A stretch of 64,000 nt of DNA. Source: Gnetum montanum. Taxonomy: Eukaryota > Plantae > Gnetophyta. Location of the stretch: positions 264,568-328,567 of the forward strand of contig MNCI01002585.1 in NCBI GenBank assembly GCA_015680685.1, given 5' to 3'. This document shows, one piece after another, positions 12,001-22,121 of this stretch. How positions within the stretch are numbered: position 1 is the stretch's first letter; every line of letters starts with the position of its first letter. The translations under genes and the position numbers were made by a program. The notes below the pieces were generated by a model, which saw only the letters and a program-made list of their open reading frames with translations, was not told where the DNA came from and did not search any database.

Positions 12001-13437
12001 CACCATGCAGCCACCCACGAGCTGTGCACTGTGCAAACGCCCTAGAAAAACGTTTATGGGAGTGAACAATGTCACCCTTCGTCTGGGCTAATACAGCTCC
12101 ACGAAGGATGGGACCCGCCATAAAGGTCTCTAAAGCAGTATGAGCCAGGGCAAGCCCATCATCATTGATGCATGTCCCATCTTGGTTAACTTGGGGCCTG
12201 CGAAAGAATGGTCTTCAGAATAGGGGCAAACACTAAACTGACATAAAAAAATAGAAATAACAAACTAAACGATCCTACCTCTCTACCCGATACACCGTGC
12301 CAGGAGGGTTCTGAAATAACGTGTGCGCATGCGCAGCCAGAAACAAGGTGTTATTGAGATAGTCAAGCCCTCGTGGCAATAGGTCCCACATGCACGCTAA
12401 CCGGAAAGTAGATCTAGGCTTGCCAGAGGGACCATCCTCAAGCACAAGCGGTCCCTCGTCAATATCCACCATGAAAATCGCGACGCCATCCAAAGATCCC
12501 GGCAACATAGCTTCAAGCACACTCCATGCTACTTATTCGCTCAGGTGTGACCAGACCACCACCTTAAATCTGTCTAGGAGGAAGATGAGGAATTCACAGG
12601 CCCCTTCTCTGAACCATACCCCATTGTTGTTAATGGTCAGATCAGGGGTAGGTTCATCGGTCTCAAGTAGCCCGAACCATGCCAGCACTCCAACCAGCTC
12701 AACTACCAAGAGGAAAGGCTTAGTGTCCCTGCAAGTAACCAGAATGCCACGATAAATCAACTATACATGAAAATGAGATGGAAAAACGAAATTCCATGTT
12801 GTAGGCCAATACTTCGAAAAATTACAAACTATTTACACTCGGCGTATACGCTGCTTAACTCGGCGTATACGCTATCAACAAACTGTTCGCACTCGGTGTA
12901 TACGCTATCAAAAAACTATTCGCACTCAGTGTATATGTTGCCTAAAAAGAAAGAAAACTATTTACGCTCAGCGTATACACTGTGAAAACTGTCAACGTAC
13001 ACGCTGTGAAAATCTTCTATGCTATACACTGCGAAAACCCTCAACGTATACGCTGTGAAAATAGTCTACGCTACACGCTGTGAAAATCGTCTACGCTATA
13101 CGCTGTGAAAAACCTTAGCATATACGCTGTGAAAACAATCTACACTATACGCTATAAAAATCGTCTACGCTATACGCTGTGGAAACCTTCTACGCTCAGC
13201 GTACAGGCCCTTTACGCTACCAAAACTGTCTACGCTGCCGAGACTATCTACGCTAGATACCAACTACAGATGAAAAACAGTTAACAGAGGCAAGATTAGA
13301 GCCTACCTGTGCGACGATCCAGGCCACGAGGGAACCCTTGGTCTGGGCAAACACTGCAACATGGCCTCACTTTCCTCCCCGAAATTCAGGTCAGGCCCCT
13401 TCCTCCCCTGGCCTTCTACATCCTTGCCCTTGCCCAT
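9094..13437 (-). pseudogene. Antisense 8-exon accessory gene of Tat-1: inactive FCP1/NIF-like phosphatase domain + plant-transposon-protein-like domain + acidic tract + coiled coil (~1090 aa)
   Basis: Exons 13437-13307, 12760-12279, 12197-11926, 11836-10790, 10699-10448, 10364-10170, 10085-9301, 9207-9094. All introns are GT-AG. Exons 2-8 splice in frame and exon 1 needs a 1-nt frameshift. Internal stops are TAG/TGA/TAA, consistent with C->T from CAG/CGA/CAA. Confidence 0.8.
12830..13260. repeat. ~23-bp degenerate tandem repeats (TACGCTATACGCTGTGAAAA) in intron 1 of the antisense gene
   Basis: Repeated CGCTATACGCTGTGAAAA and CTCGGCGTATACGCT units. Confidence 0.8.
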
Positions 13438-13715
13438 CTCGGCATCCTGCACGCTGAAACTGACAGGTTTACGTTGGGGTTTGAGTCTGCACGCCAAACT
13501 GAATCCTCTACACTGAAGTTGGAGCCTCTACGGTCACGCTTAAGTTGGAGCCTCTACGTTCATGCTGAAGTTTGAAGCCTCTACACTCTACGCTTACGCT
13601 GGGATTTGAGTCTCTACGCTTACGCTGGGTTTGGTGGTTTACGCTTACGCTGAGGTTTACACTCACGCTCCGATTTGCTGCAAGTTCACGGTGCTTCGAA
13701 CAACTGACAGCCTTA

Positions 13716-13729
13716 CGCTATATATAGCG
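13716..13729. promoter_or_regulatory. Palindromic TATA box CGCTATATATAGCG, likely promoter of the antisense gene
   Basis: Perfect 14-bp palindrome about 280 bp upstream of the antisense ATG (13437); TACGCT repeats follow in the 5' UTR. Confidence 0.55.
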
Positions 13730-13967
13730 CCACACTGACCTCGCCGCCGCCTTGCGTTTTATTCTATCTTTTTCTCTTTATTTTATTTTGTCATCTTACT
13801 ATTAATCAAAATTTTTCAAAATACAAGATACAAAAAATATATAAAACAAAATGAACACTACCACATGCTAATTCCCTCGTAAACTAACTTCAGATGCCCA
13901 TACTGAACGTTTTGGCGCAAACTCTCCGATGTAAATTATACGGCAACTAGGCATCATCAAATCACAC

Positions 13968-14155
13968 ATGCGGCCCGGTAAGGCCTTAAACTGCCATATT
14001 CGGCTCACATCCAGCCCGGTAAGGCCTTAGACTACCACATGCAGCCCGGTAAAGCCTTAAACTGCCACAAGCGGCTCAGTAAGGCCTTAAACTGGCACAC
14101 ACGGCCCGATAAGGCCTTAAACTGCCATGTGTCCCGGTGCGACGATAAACTACCA
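13968..14155 (+). repeat. Six ~30-bp hairpin units (GCCCGGTA-AGGCCTTAAAC-TGCC) upstream of RT
   Basis: Copies near 13971, 14013, 14043, 14072, 14102 and 14131. Confidence 0.85.
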
Positions 14156-14237
14156 TCGTACATGTACACATGATCTACATTGCCAAGGAACACGAAACAA
14201 CACCTATTAGCTCACTCTGCCATTTGTTTATTGGTAG

Positions 14238-17200
14238 GAGCAAGCTCGATGGATTGTCAGCATTTATCCACACCATTGATCATCGATGGGCCATATGGAA
14301 AGATCGCAAGAGAAATCGACATAAATTCCATCAGCTTAGGTACATCAACGAACGACACAATTATAGCCTCAACACAACAAACGCTAGATAGCTACAAAGG
14401 TATGACAAAATCTCTTGACATAGAAGCCGATAGCATCACTGAAGACCCGTTGACTAAGACCCCCATCGCCATGCTTGATGGTGAAATTAAAATATTAAAA
14501 TTAAGTACACTATTACAACCTCAACTAGCCAAAGACATAGAAGATGTGCTTCGAGATAACATAAAAGCATTCACTTAGTCATACACGTACATGCCTGGGT
14601 TAGATCCTCGAATCATCCAGCACAATATTATCCTTAATCCAAAATTGAGGCCAGTAAAACAAAAGGCACAAAAGGTTAAATCTGAGGTAGCATTGGCAGT
14701 TTGCAATGAGATCACCAAACTTTATCAGGCAGGTTTCATTCGGGCTGTCGATTATGCTGAGTGGGTATCCAACATGGTCATTGTCCCGAAAAAGAACGGA
14801 AGCATTCACTTATGCATTGACTTCCAGGATCTCAATGTTGCAACCATAAAGATGATTTCCCCTTACCCAACATCGATCAACTTGTTGACTCAACCACTGG
14901 GCATGCCCTATTATCTTTTATGGATGGCTTCTCAAGATACAACCAGATACGCATTAATCCGGAGCATCAGCTCCGGACTACCTTTATGACATCATGAGGA
15001 ACCTTTTGTTACACAATGATGCCCTTCGGTCTTAAGAATGCTGGGGCCATATATCAAAGGGCAATGATATTTATTTTTAGCGATTACATGCTGCACTTGC
15101 TCAACGACTATGTGGATGATATCGTGGTTAAATCAAAGACATCAGAACAACACGTACAAGATCTTGACCTAGTATTAAGGTGTTGTTTAAAATATGAGCT
15201 GAGACTTAACCCAAAAAAATGTGTCTTCGGAGTCAAAATAGGCAAAATGCTTGGATTCATAGCCTCAGAAGCAGGGATACGAGTAGACCCTGATAAAGTT
15301 AAGGCCATAACAAACTTTAAACCACCTAGCAACCTTACCGAACTCTGAGGCCTACAAGGTAAATTACAGTTTATTAGGCGTTTCATAGAAAAACTAACGG
15401 ACAAGTTGAAACCTATGAACCACTTGCTATGTAAGAACGTTCATTTTGAATGGACTCCACAGTGCCATAAAGCATTTGACAATATTAAAACAGCACTTAT
15501 TCAACTACCCACAGTTTATCCACCTCAAAACGATAAACTGTTTTACATCTACCTTGCCACTTCGGACTCGTCAATCGCATCCATGCTTTGCCAAAAACGA
15601 GATGATGGAACCGAAGTTCCTGTCTATTACTTAAGCCATGCATTAGTAGCCCATGAGAAGAAGTATAACGAGGTTGAGAGGTCATGTCTAGCCCTGGTCT
15701 TTTCCCTAAAAAAATGGCGACATTACCTCTTCCATAACCAAGTCAATATAATATGCAAGGATAATGTGCTCAGAGCCATAACAGGAAACATTTATGAGTC
15801 AAGTAGAATAGCCCATTGGAAAGCTGTAATAGCTGAGTTTGACCTACACTACATAGCACAATCATCAGTTAAGGGTCAAGCCATAGTGAATCAAATGATT
15901 GCGTCACCAATGCATGATCAAGCAACGATAGAGCCAAAGTTCCCTAATGAAAATGTGAGTGTAATAGACATAGTACCCGATGACTACAATGTCATTTTGA
16001 ACTTTGATGGAGCATCCACCTCTCGAGGGGGAAATGCTGCTGCCATCATCACCTATCCCTCTGGGGAGATTCGACCCTTTGCTTATCGTTTCGACTTTCA
16101 CTGTACCAACAACATAGCAGAGTATGAAGGTCTCCTTAAAGATCTCATGGTAGCACTAACTTCAGACATCACACGACTAGTGGTCAAGGGAGACTCACAA
16201 CTGGTTTTGAACCAAGTCACAGATATTTATACATGCAAAGCGCAGCATTTACAACCATACTGTGACTTAGCCAAACACTTAATGAGGCAATTCGAAAACA
16301 TGGATGTGCAACATGTCTCCAGAAACGACAATACCATTGCAGACGCGCTGGCCAAGCTAGCGCTAAACATATCACCTGACATGTTCCATACGTTACCAAG
16401 CTCCATAATCAGTTGTACTAAACCCATAATTGATACTCCCGATACATTACGAATTGCATTCGTTAGTACAACACACGTGGTAGAATGGTATGACAACATA
16501 AAAGAGTATCTTCTACACGGTGAAACGCTGCGACATCTAACGAATGCACAAAAATACGTGGTACGAAAGCATTCTCGACAATATACACTGGTAGGGGACA
16601 CATTGTGTCGTCGATCCTACGAAGGCATACTCCTAGCATGCATTAGTAGTGCTGATGCCCAAACCATCGTCGAGCAAGTACATGATGGATTATGCGGAGG
16701 ACATATAGCACCTAAAGCAATGGCAACGAAAATAAGATGCTTAGGCTATTATTGGCCACATATGGAGTATGACTATCTCTCCAAGGCTAAAACATGCGGT
16801 ACCTATCAAAGACATAGTAATCTGATCTATGTCCCACCAAATGAGTTGCATACAATGCAAATCACATGACCTTTTAAAAGTGGGGGTTGGACCTTATCGG
16901 ACCAATAACACCCTCATCTTCTACAGGGCATAGCTTCATCATAACTGTGATAGAGTATTTCACAAAATGGGTAGAAGCTGTTCCCCTTCGAAAAACCACA
17001 TCCAAACACGTATGCAACTTCATTCTTGAAAACATTGTAACCCGTTTTGGCATCCCCATGACCATCATCACCGATAATGGGCCACAATTCAGCAGCGTCG
17101 AAACCAAAACTTTCTATGAAAGCTTGGGGATCAAAAACTCATTTTCATCCCCTTACTACCCTTAGAGCAATGGGCAAGTTGAGGCCACAAATAAAATCAT

Positions 17201-17723
17201 CATTACAGTACTTAAAAAGATGCTTACCCAAAGCAAGAAAAGATGGCACGAGTAGCTGGTATACGCATTGTGGGCTTATCGCACTATGCATCGGACTTCA
17301 ACAGGTAAAACGCCATATAGTCTTGTTTATGGTTTAGAAGCTGTTTTACCCTTGGAATTACAGGTACCATCTTTAAGGATCACACTTTTCGGACTCCTCG
17401 ACGAAAGGCAAAATAATGACCTATGCATCATTGACTTGGACTCGGTGGAGGAGGAACGCATATGTGCACTCGATTAGATTGAATAGTACCAAAAATGATA
17501 ATGACAACGCCATCGGCACGACATTTCTGAGTGCCCTATCAAGGAAGGTGACCTTGTACTTAAAGTCGTTCGGGAACACCCAGACAAATTCTCAGCCAAC
17601 TGGGAAGGGCCTTACTTGATCACCAAAGCATACGACAACGGAGCATTTAAATTAGCTGATCTGGAAGGGGATGAGCTTGCAAATTTGACCAATCACTTGT
17701 TCTTAAAACTGTTCCACATTTGA
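14238..17723 (+). pseudogene. pol: pol (RT-RNaseH-aRNaseH-integrase) of Tat-1
   Basis: MPFGLKNAGA and YVDD (RT); YIYLATSD..ASML (RH); FDGAS..TNNIAEYE..VKGDSQLV (archaeal-type RH); VHDGLCGGH, GYYWP, ITDNG (INT); WEGPY; stop TGA at 17721-17723. Confidence 0.95.
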
Positions 17724-17744
17724 GTATAGGCTCAAGTACATGCT

Positions 17745-18080
17745 CATCCTGGCATCATGACGCTAAACTGATACCACAGCTCGTCCTGGCATCATGACGT
17801 TAAACTGATACCACAGCTCATCCTGGCATCATGACAGTAAACTGATACCATAGAATGTCTGCAAAGATAATAAACTAGCACCCGTCTGGTACGATAGTAA
17901 ACTGCCACAGTCACATTCACTAGAGTCCGCTAAGACTATAAACTAGTTTGCCTCTTCACAGTCCGCCAAGACTAGAAACTGGCAATGTACCGTCCGCCAC
18001 GACGCTAAATGGGAAATGTCCAACGGGTCATGACATAAAACTAACCCATGATAGTCAGCTACGACTATAAACTGGTAATT
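17745..18080 (+). repeat. 3' UTR array of ~10 stem-loops with a conserved (Y/A)GACnnTAAAC loop
   Basis: Three 37-bp tandem copies followed by seven units with different stems but the same loop. Confidence 0.8.
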
Positions 18081-18589
18081 TTCTCTCTGGTATCTCGATC
18101 TGTGGCTGCATCCCAACCTCATTAGAGCCGCTGCATCGCTCGCCATCAGCCGATCCTACCAACATTGTTGCCATTCGTATACAGCACCTGAAATCTCACC
18201 CGGTGCCTTCGTTTCATCAGTAGCTGTTTAAGTCTAAGCTTGCTCACTCATGATTTTCTTGTCTTCTTGGAGTTGTGTTTGCAGGATGACACTCAGAGGT
18301 GTTCGTACAAGAATGCACTTCGTCATAAGCAACAAGGTAAGACGTTGTTCACAATACACGTGGCAAGACTAAATCAAGCCATTCACTAGTACATCTCCCG
18401 TTACATGTCCCACCTATCCCTCAACATCTCCTATTTGGTTACATCCCGAACACACCCAGAACAGCCCAAAACATTGGACATACTATTGCATACTATGTCA
18501 CTCTTAGGCGATTGCAACCCACAACATGGCATTTGAGCATGTGCAAAAATAAACGCGCATGTCTAAAACAATCAAGTAACATCCCGTTG

Positions 18590-18830
18590 CATGGCTTTGG
18601 CTCTCTGCCAACAGGTTCTCCCTAAACACTAAACAAGGGCCCTATTCCTCCAAAGGATGCAACACATTATCACGTGGCTTTGGCTCTCTGCCAACAGGTT
18701 CTTCCTAAACACTAAACAAGGGCCCTGTTCCTCCAAAGAACGCAAAACATCATCACGTGGCTTTGGTTACGCCAACAAGATCTCTTAAACACCAAACAAG
18801 AGTCTCATACCGCCAAAGGACGTACACATC
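18590..18830 (+). repeat. ~84-bp tandem repeat x3 in the Tat-1 3' UTR
   Basis: TGGCTTTGGCTCTCTGCCAACAGGTTCT..CTAAACACTAAACAAGGGCCCT repeated; third copy degenerate. Confidence 0.8.
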
Positions 18831-19093
18831 ATGCTTTGATCCCAAGAAGATAAGCATGATCTGCACACACACCCGGACATCCCCTTCACCATACACAACC
18901 TTGATTTCTCCCTAATCCCCATAATCTCCATTTCCCTATCCAGCTACAAACGTGATTTCCCACAATCCCATGTACTACTGAACGCGGTGCAATAACGTCT
19001 GGCCGAGTGCCAGTGGACAATGTCTCTATCAAGTTGCTTGTGGTGTTTTGCACTTCTTTGTCGACATTTCTCAGGTCGATTCCTCCAAGCATC

Positions 19094-19105
19094 AACAAAG
19101 AGGGG
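19094..19105 (+). promoter_or_regulatory. Polypurine tract of Tat-1
   Basis: AACAAAGAGGGG, 4 nt before the 3' LTR. Confidence 0.85.
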
Positions 19106-19109
19106 CCAA

Positions 19110-20481
19110 TGAAACACCACAAAATTCTAAGCTTAATACTTTTCCAACCAGAATCAAGCTAAATTATGACGTTCCCCAGCATGATTAAAGTTTGAGGGCC
19201 CCACAGACAGCTTCAAGCAGAGTCGGACTCAACGAGGAGTAGTTCCCTGGGATTCGCCGATGACCACGACCATATCTGCTACCAAAAAATGGCAACTTCA
19301 GAGCTCAAAATACTTAGTCTTCACTAAGTATGCATTCTCATCGTATACGCCCAAATACATTCACAGCGTATACGCCCAGCGTACATGCCTCACATGTACA
19401 CTCAGCATGTATGACTTGCGTATATGCCTAGTATGCAACCCCCGAAGATGGCATGGAAACAGCACTGTAGAGCAAGACTTTATACAGAGCATCAAGCTAC
19501 ACGAACAGAGCAATCATCAGATGTTGATATCATGCATACTGGGGTCCATACGCTGAGCATGTACATCCTACACGCCCAGCATATACGCCCAACAGATACA
19601 ACGTATACGTCCATCCTGCACGCCCAGCATATACGCCCAGCATATACAGCGTATACACCCAGCGTATACGCCCAGCATGCATCCACAACGTATACGCCCA
19701 GCAACAAGTCTGTATGCTAAGGTCTGGTGTCCAGCGTGTATACGCTGGCGTACAACGGTTTACGCTGGCGTGCAGCATGCCGTGTACTTATAAATTTCAT
19801 TCTTTCACACCCGGTCAACACGCCACATGTCACCCGACCCGAGAATCCAGCACTCCACAGCTAATCATCCTCTCTCAAAACCCAAGTCTCACGTCTACAT
19901 TTGTATAAAAACCCCAATTTTTCACTAAATAGGGGTTGGCAATTTTGAGCAAACCGGAGCCAAAACAAAGAACCAGAGACGCTAAGAAAACCAGAGCAAA
20001 AACCCTGATACACTAGACCTTGACCCTGCACGCTGAGCATACAGCTTTTACGCTATGCCTGCAGTTGAACCCAGCACACAGTCATCCCTGCATCCACTGG
20101 GGCTATTCGTCCGCCTTGTGTCAGAGTCACAACTGCGTTAGACCGGTGCATTGTAACTTTCATTTCGCAATAATATTGCTACACTTCTTTGCCAAAATTT
20201 GTTACAGTTTTTCATTCATTGTTGCATGTTTACTATTTACGCTCTTGTACGTTTACGCTCCGTTTTACATTCGTTACGTCATTTACGTACAACCCAGCAT
20301 ACAATATATCGGTGCATGCTCGAGGAAATCCTTGCCTGATCCGCATGCGGACCACCCAAGGTACTCTGCCTTCGCTAATTCCAGCTTGCCCTCAAGCAAA
20401 GGTAGGGTCTTCTGTGCATGTCCTGAGATCTCCAAGTTTTTGTTTCATTCCAGCCAGAGACCAACGATTTCAGACAGTACA
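19110..20481 (+). repeat. 3' LTR of Tat-1 (1372 bp)
   Basis: Copy of 2115-3466, followed by TSD ATGAT. Confidence 0.95.
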
Positions 20482-20486
20482 ATGAT

Positions 20487-22121
20487 GATATGAAAGTTAC
20501 TCGTTAGGAACTTCTCATGATCTTCTTATTTTGGGTGACATCCAAAAAAGAGGAGAGTTTTCTAGAATGATGGTATATGATATGGTATATGTTTTGTGGT
20601 ATATGATATGTGATGGTTCAGATCTACTATCATGATGAGATGGTATCTATTGTATAATGTCATGCTATGTGTATTTTTTATTTTGGCTTGATATATACAT
20701 CATTGTTAGACTTTGTATGGTATACCATTGGAGGTAGGTTATGAAGTGTTCAGTGTATATCAACTATATTTGAGGATTATGGATTATACTTGCATTATGG
20801 AAAGATATGGACAATTTCTTAATGTTTTCATTTTCTTGGGTTTCCCTCTTGTGATCATGGCTAATAGAGATGTGGTCATTCATTATTTTATCTTATTTTC
20901 CTTTACAATTGTTACTTCCATAGGATTGTTGATTTACAAATGTTTGTGCCTTTAATTGTTTATCATATGATGTTATGTTATTATGATAACTCATTTTCTC
21001 AAGTTTTGGACATTACCAAAAATGAAAAGATTGTTGATGTTTTGGTATGTTAAAACCTTGGAAAATGAATAATGTGGAAAATTTTCTTATGTAATCTTGC
21101 AAGACTTGGAAAAGACAAGATTAAGAAAATGAGCATATTATGATCAAGATAAGAGCTATGTTGTTAATTTGAAGTGATGAAGTCTCAACAAATATTGTAA
21201 GAGTTTGAAGAAGTCACAAGGATGTGTAATGTCTAGAAGTTAAAAGAAGATGTTTTGGTAGATATTGAGATGTCCTAGAGGAATAGTAGATGTCCCTATT
21301 GAAAAATCTAGATCTCAAGTGAGATGTCCTAGAAAAATACTAAATGTTCCAAGAAAAGTTGAGATGTTCTAGCTTAGACATCCCATGTGAGACATTCCAG
21401 CTAAAGTGAGATGTCCCACTAGTAAGAAAAAAAATTAGTAAGATATCTCAAGCTTTTATGAGACATCCCAACTTGTCATTTTCTGGCTATTTTATGAACA
21501 CCAATGATCATTTAACAAGGAAAAATGCTATAAAAGAAATGGAATCTTCATGAAAAGAAAAAGTACTATTCATACAAATATTTCATCACTATTTACATCA
21601 AGTGAAATTGTTCTGTATTTCATTCCTCTACCTTTGTAAATTATATAGTAATTATCAAGAGCCTCATAGTAAGAAATTTGTAATTGTAGTTACATTTCCT
21701 CCTTAATTTTTATTTCTTCTTTTGTAAGCCCTACATTGGTGTGCTTCTTGCATGAAGGCATCTCTTGAGCTTGTTGAAGCCTTGTAAGGCTAGGTGTGTT
21801 TCTTTAGAGAAAACATCCCATGTAGAGCTCAAGTTATTGTAAAGGTTGTGGGATCCTTGAAATCACATTTTGAGCTTATTGGGATATTTTGGGGTTATGT
21901 GTGTTTCTACATGAAAACATTCCTTGCAAAGCTCAAACTTTGTAAAGGTTTTGATGTCCTTCAAACCACATTTTTGAAGAAAAATGTTTTGGAGGTATGC
22001 AAGGATTCTATCCTTTAAGTGTAAATGTATCCATGTTGGAGAAAAATGTATATTTTTGTGTAGTTTTGATTTTAATTATTGTAACTTATTCAAACCCACC
22101 ACCCCCCCTTCTAAGTTATCA
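20487..22121 (+). mobile_element. 3' end of an older SIRE/Copia-like element: PPT-like tracts and an LTR (~21032-22121)
   Basis: CCAAAAAAGAGGAGA (~20542) and CCAAAAATGAAAAGAT before TGTTGATGTTTTGGTATG; the LTR is homologous to 43229-44371 and 60283-61421. Confidence 0.65.

Larger units (their letters stand above)
2115..20481 (+). mobile_element. Full-length Ty3/gypsy Tat/Ogre-type LTR retrotransposon (Tat-1), pseudogenised
   Basis: Direct LTRs TGAAACACC...CAGTACA at 2115-3466 and 19110-20481; 5-bp TSD ATGAT (2110-2114 and 20482-20486); PBS, PPT, gag, PR, RT, RH, second (archaeal-type) RH and INT motifs. Confidence 0.96.

Noticed and set aside
12060-13360. Similar peptides AVFAQTKG (exon 1) and AVLAQTKG (exon 3) as an internal repeat
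   Set aside because: Only 8 residues, not evident in Tat-2, and dependent on an inferred frameshift; may be coincidence
9094-13437. Antisense cassette as an independent nested DNA transposon or host gene
   Set aside because: No TIRs, TSD or DDE motif seen; it occupies the same position upstream of RT in a second Tat family and shares the LTR's TACGCTG motif
17745-18080. Possible hammerhead ribozyme (retrozyme)
   Set aside because: No CTGATGA...GAAA core with three-helix geometry found; units are simple hairpins
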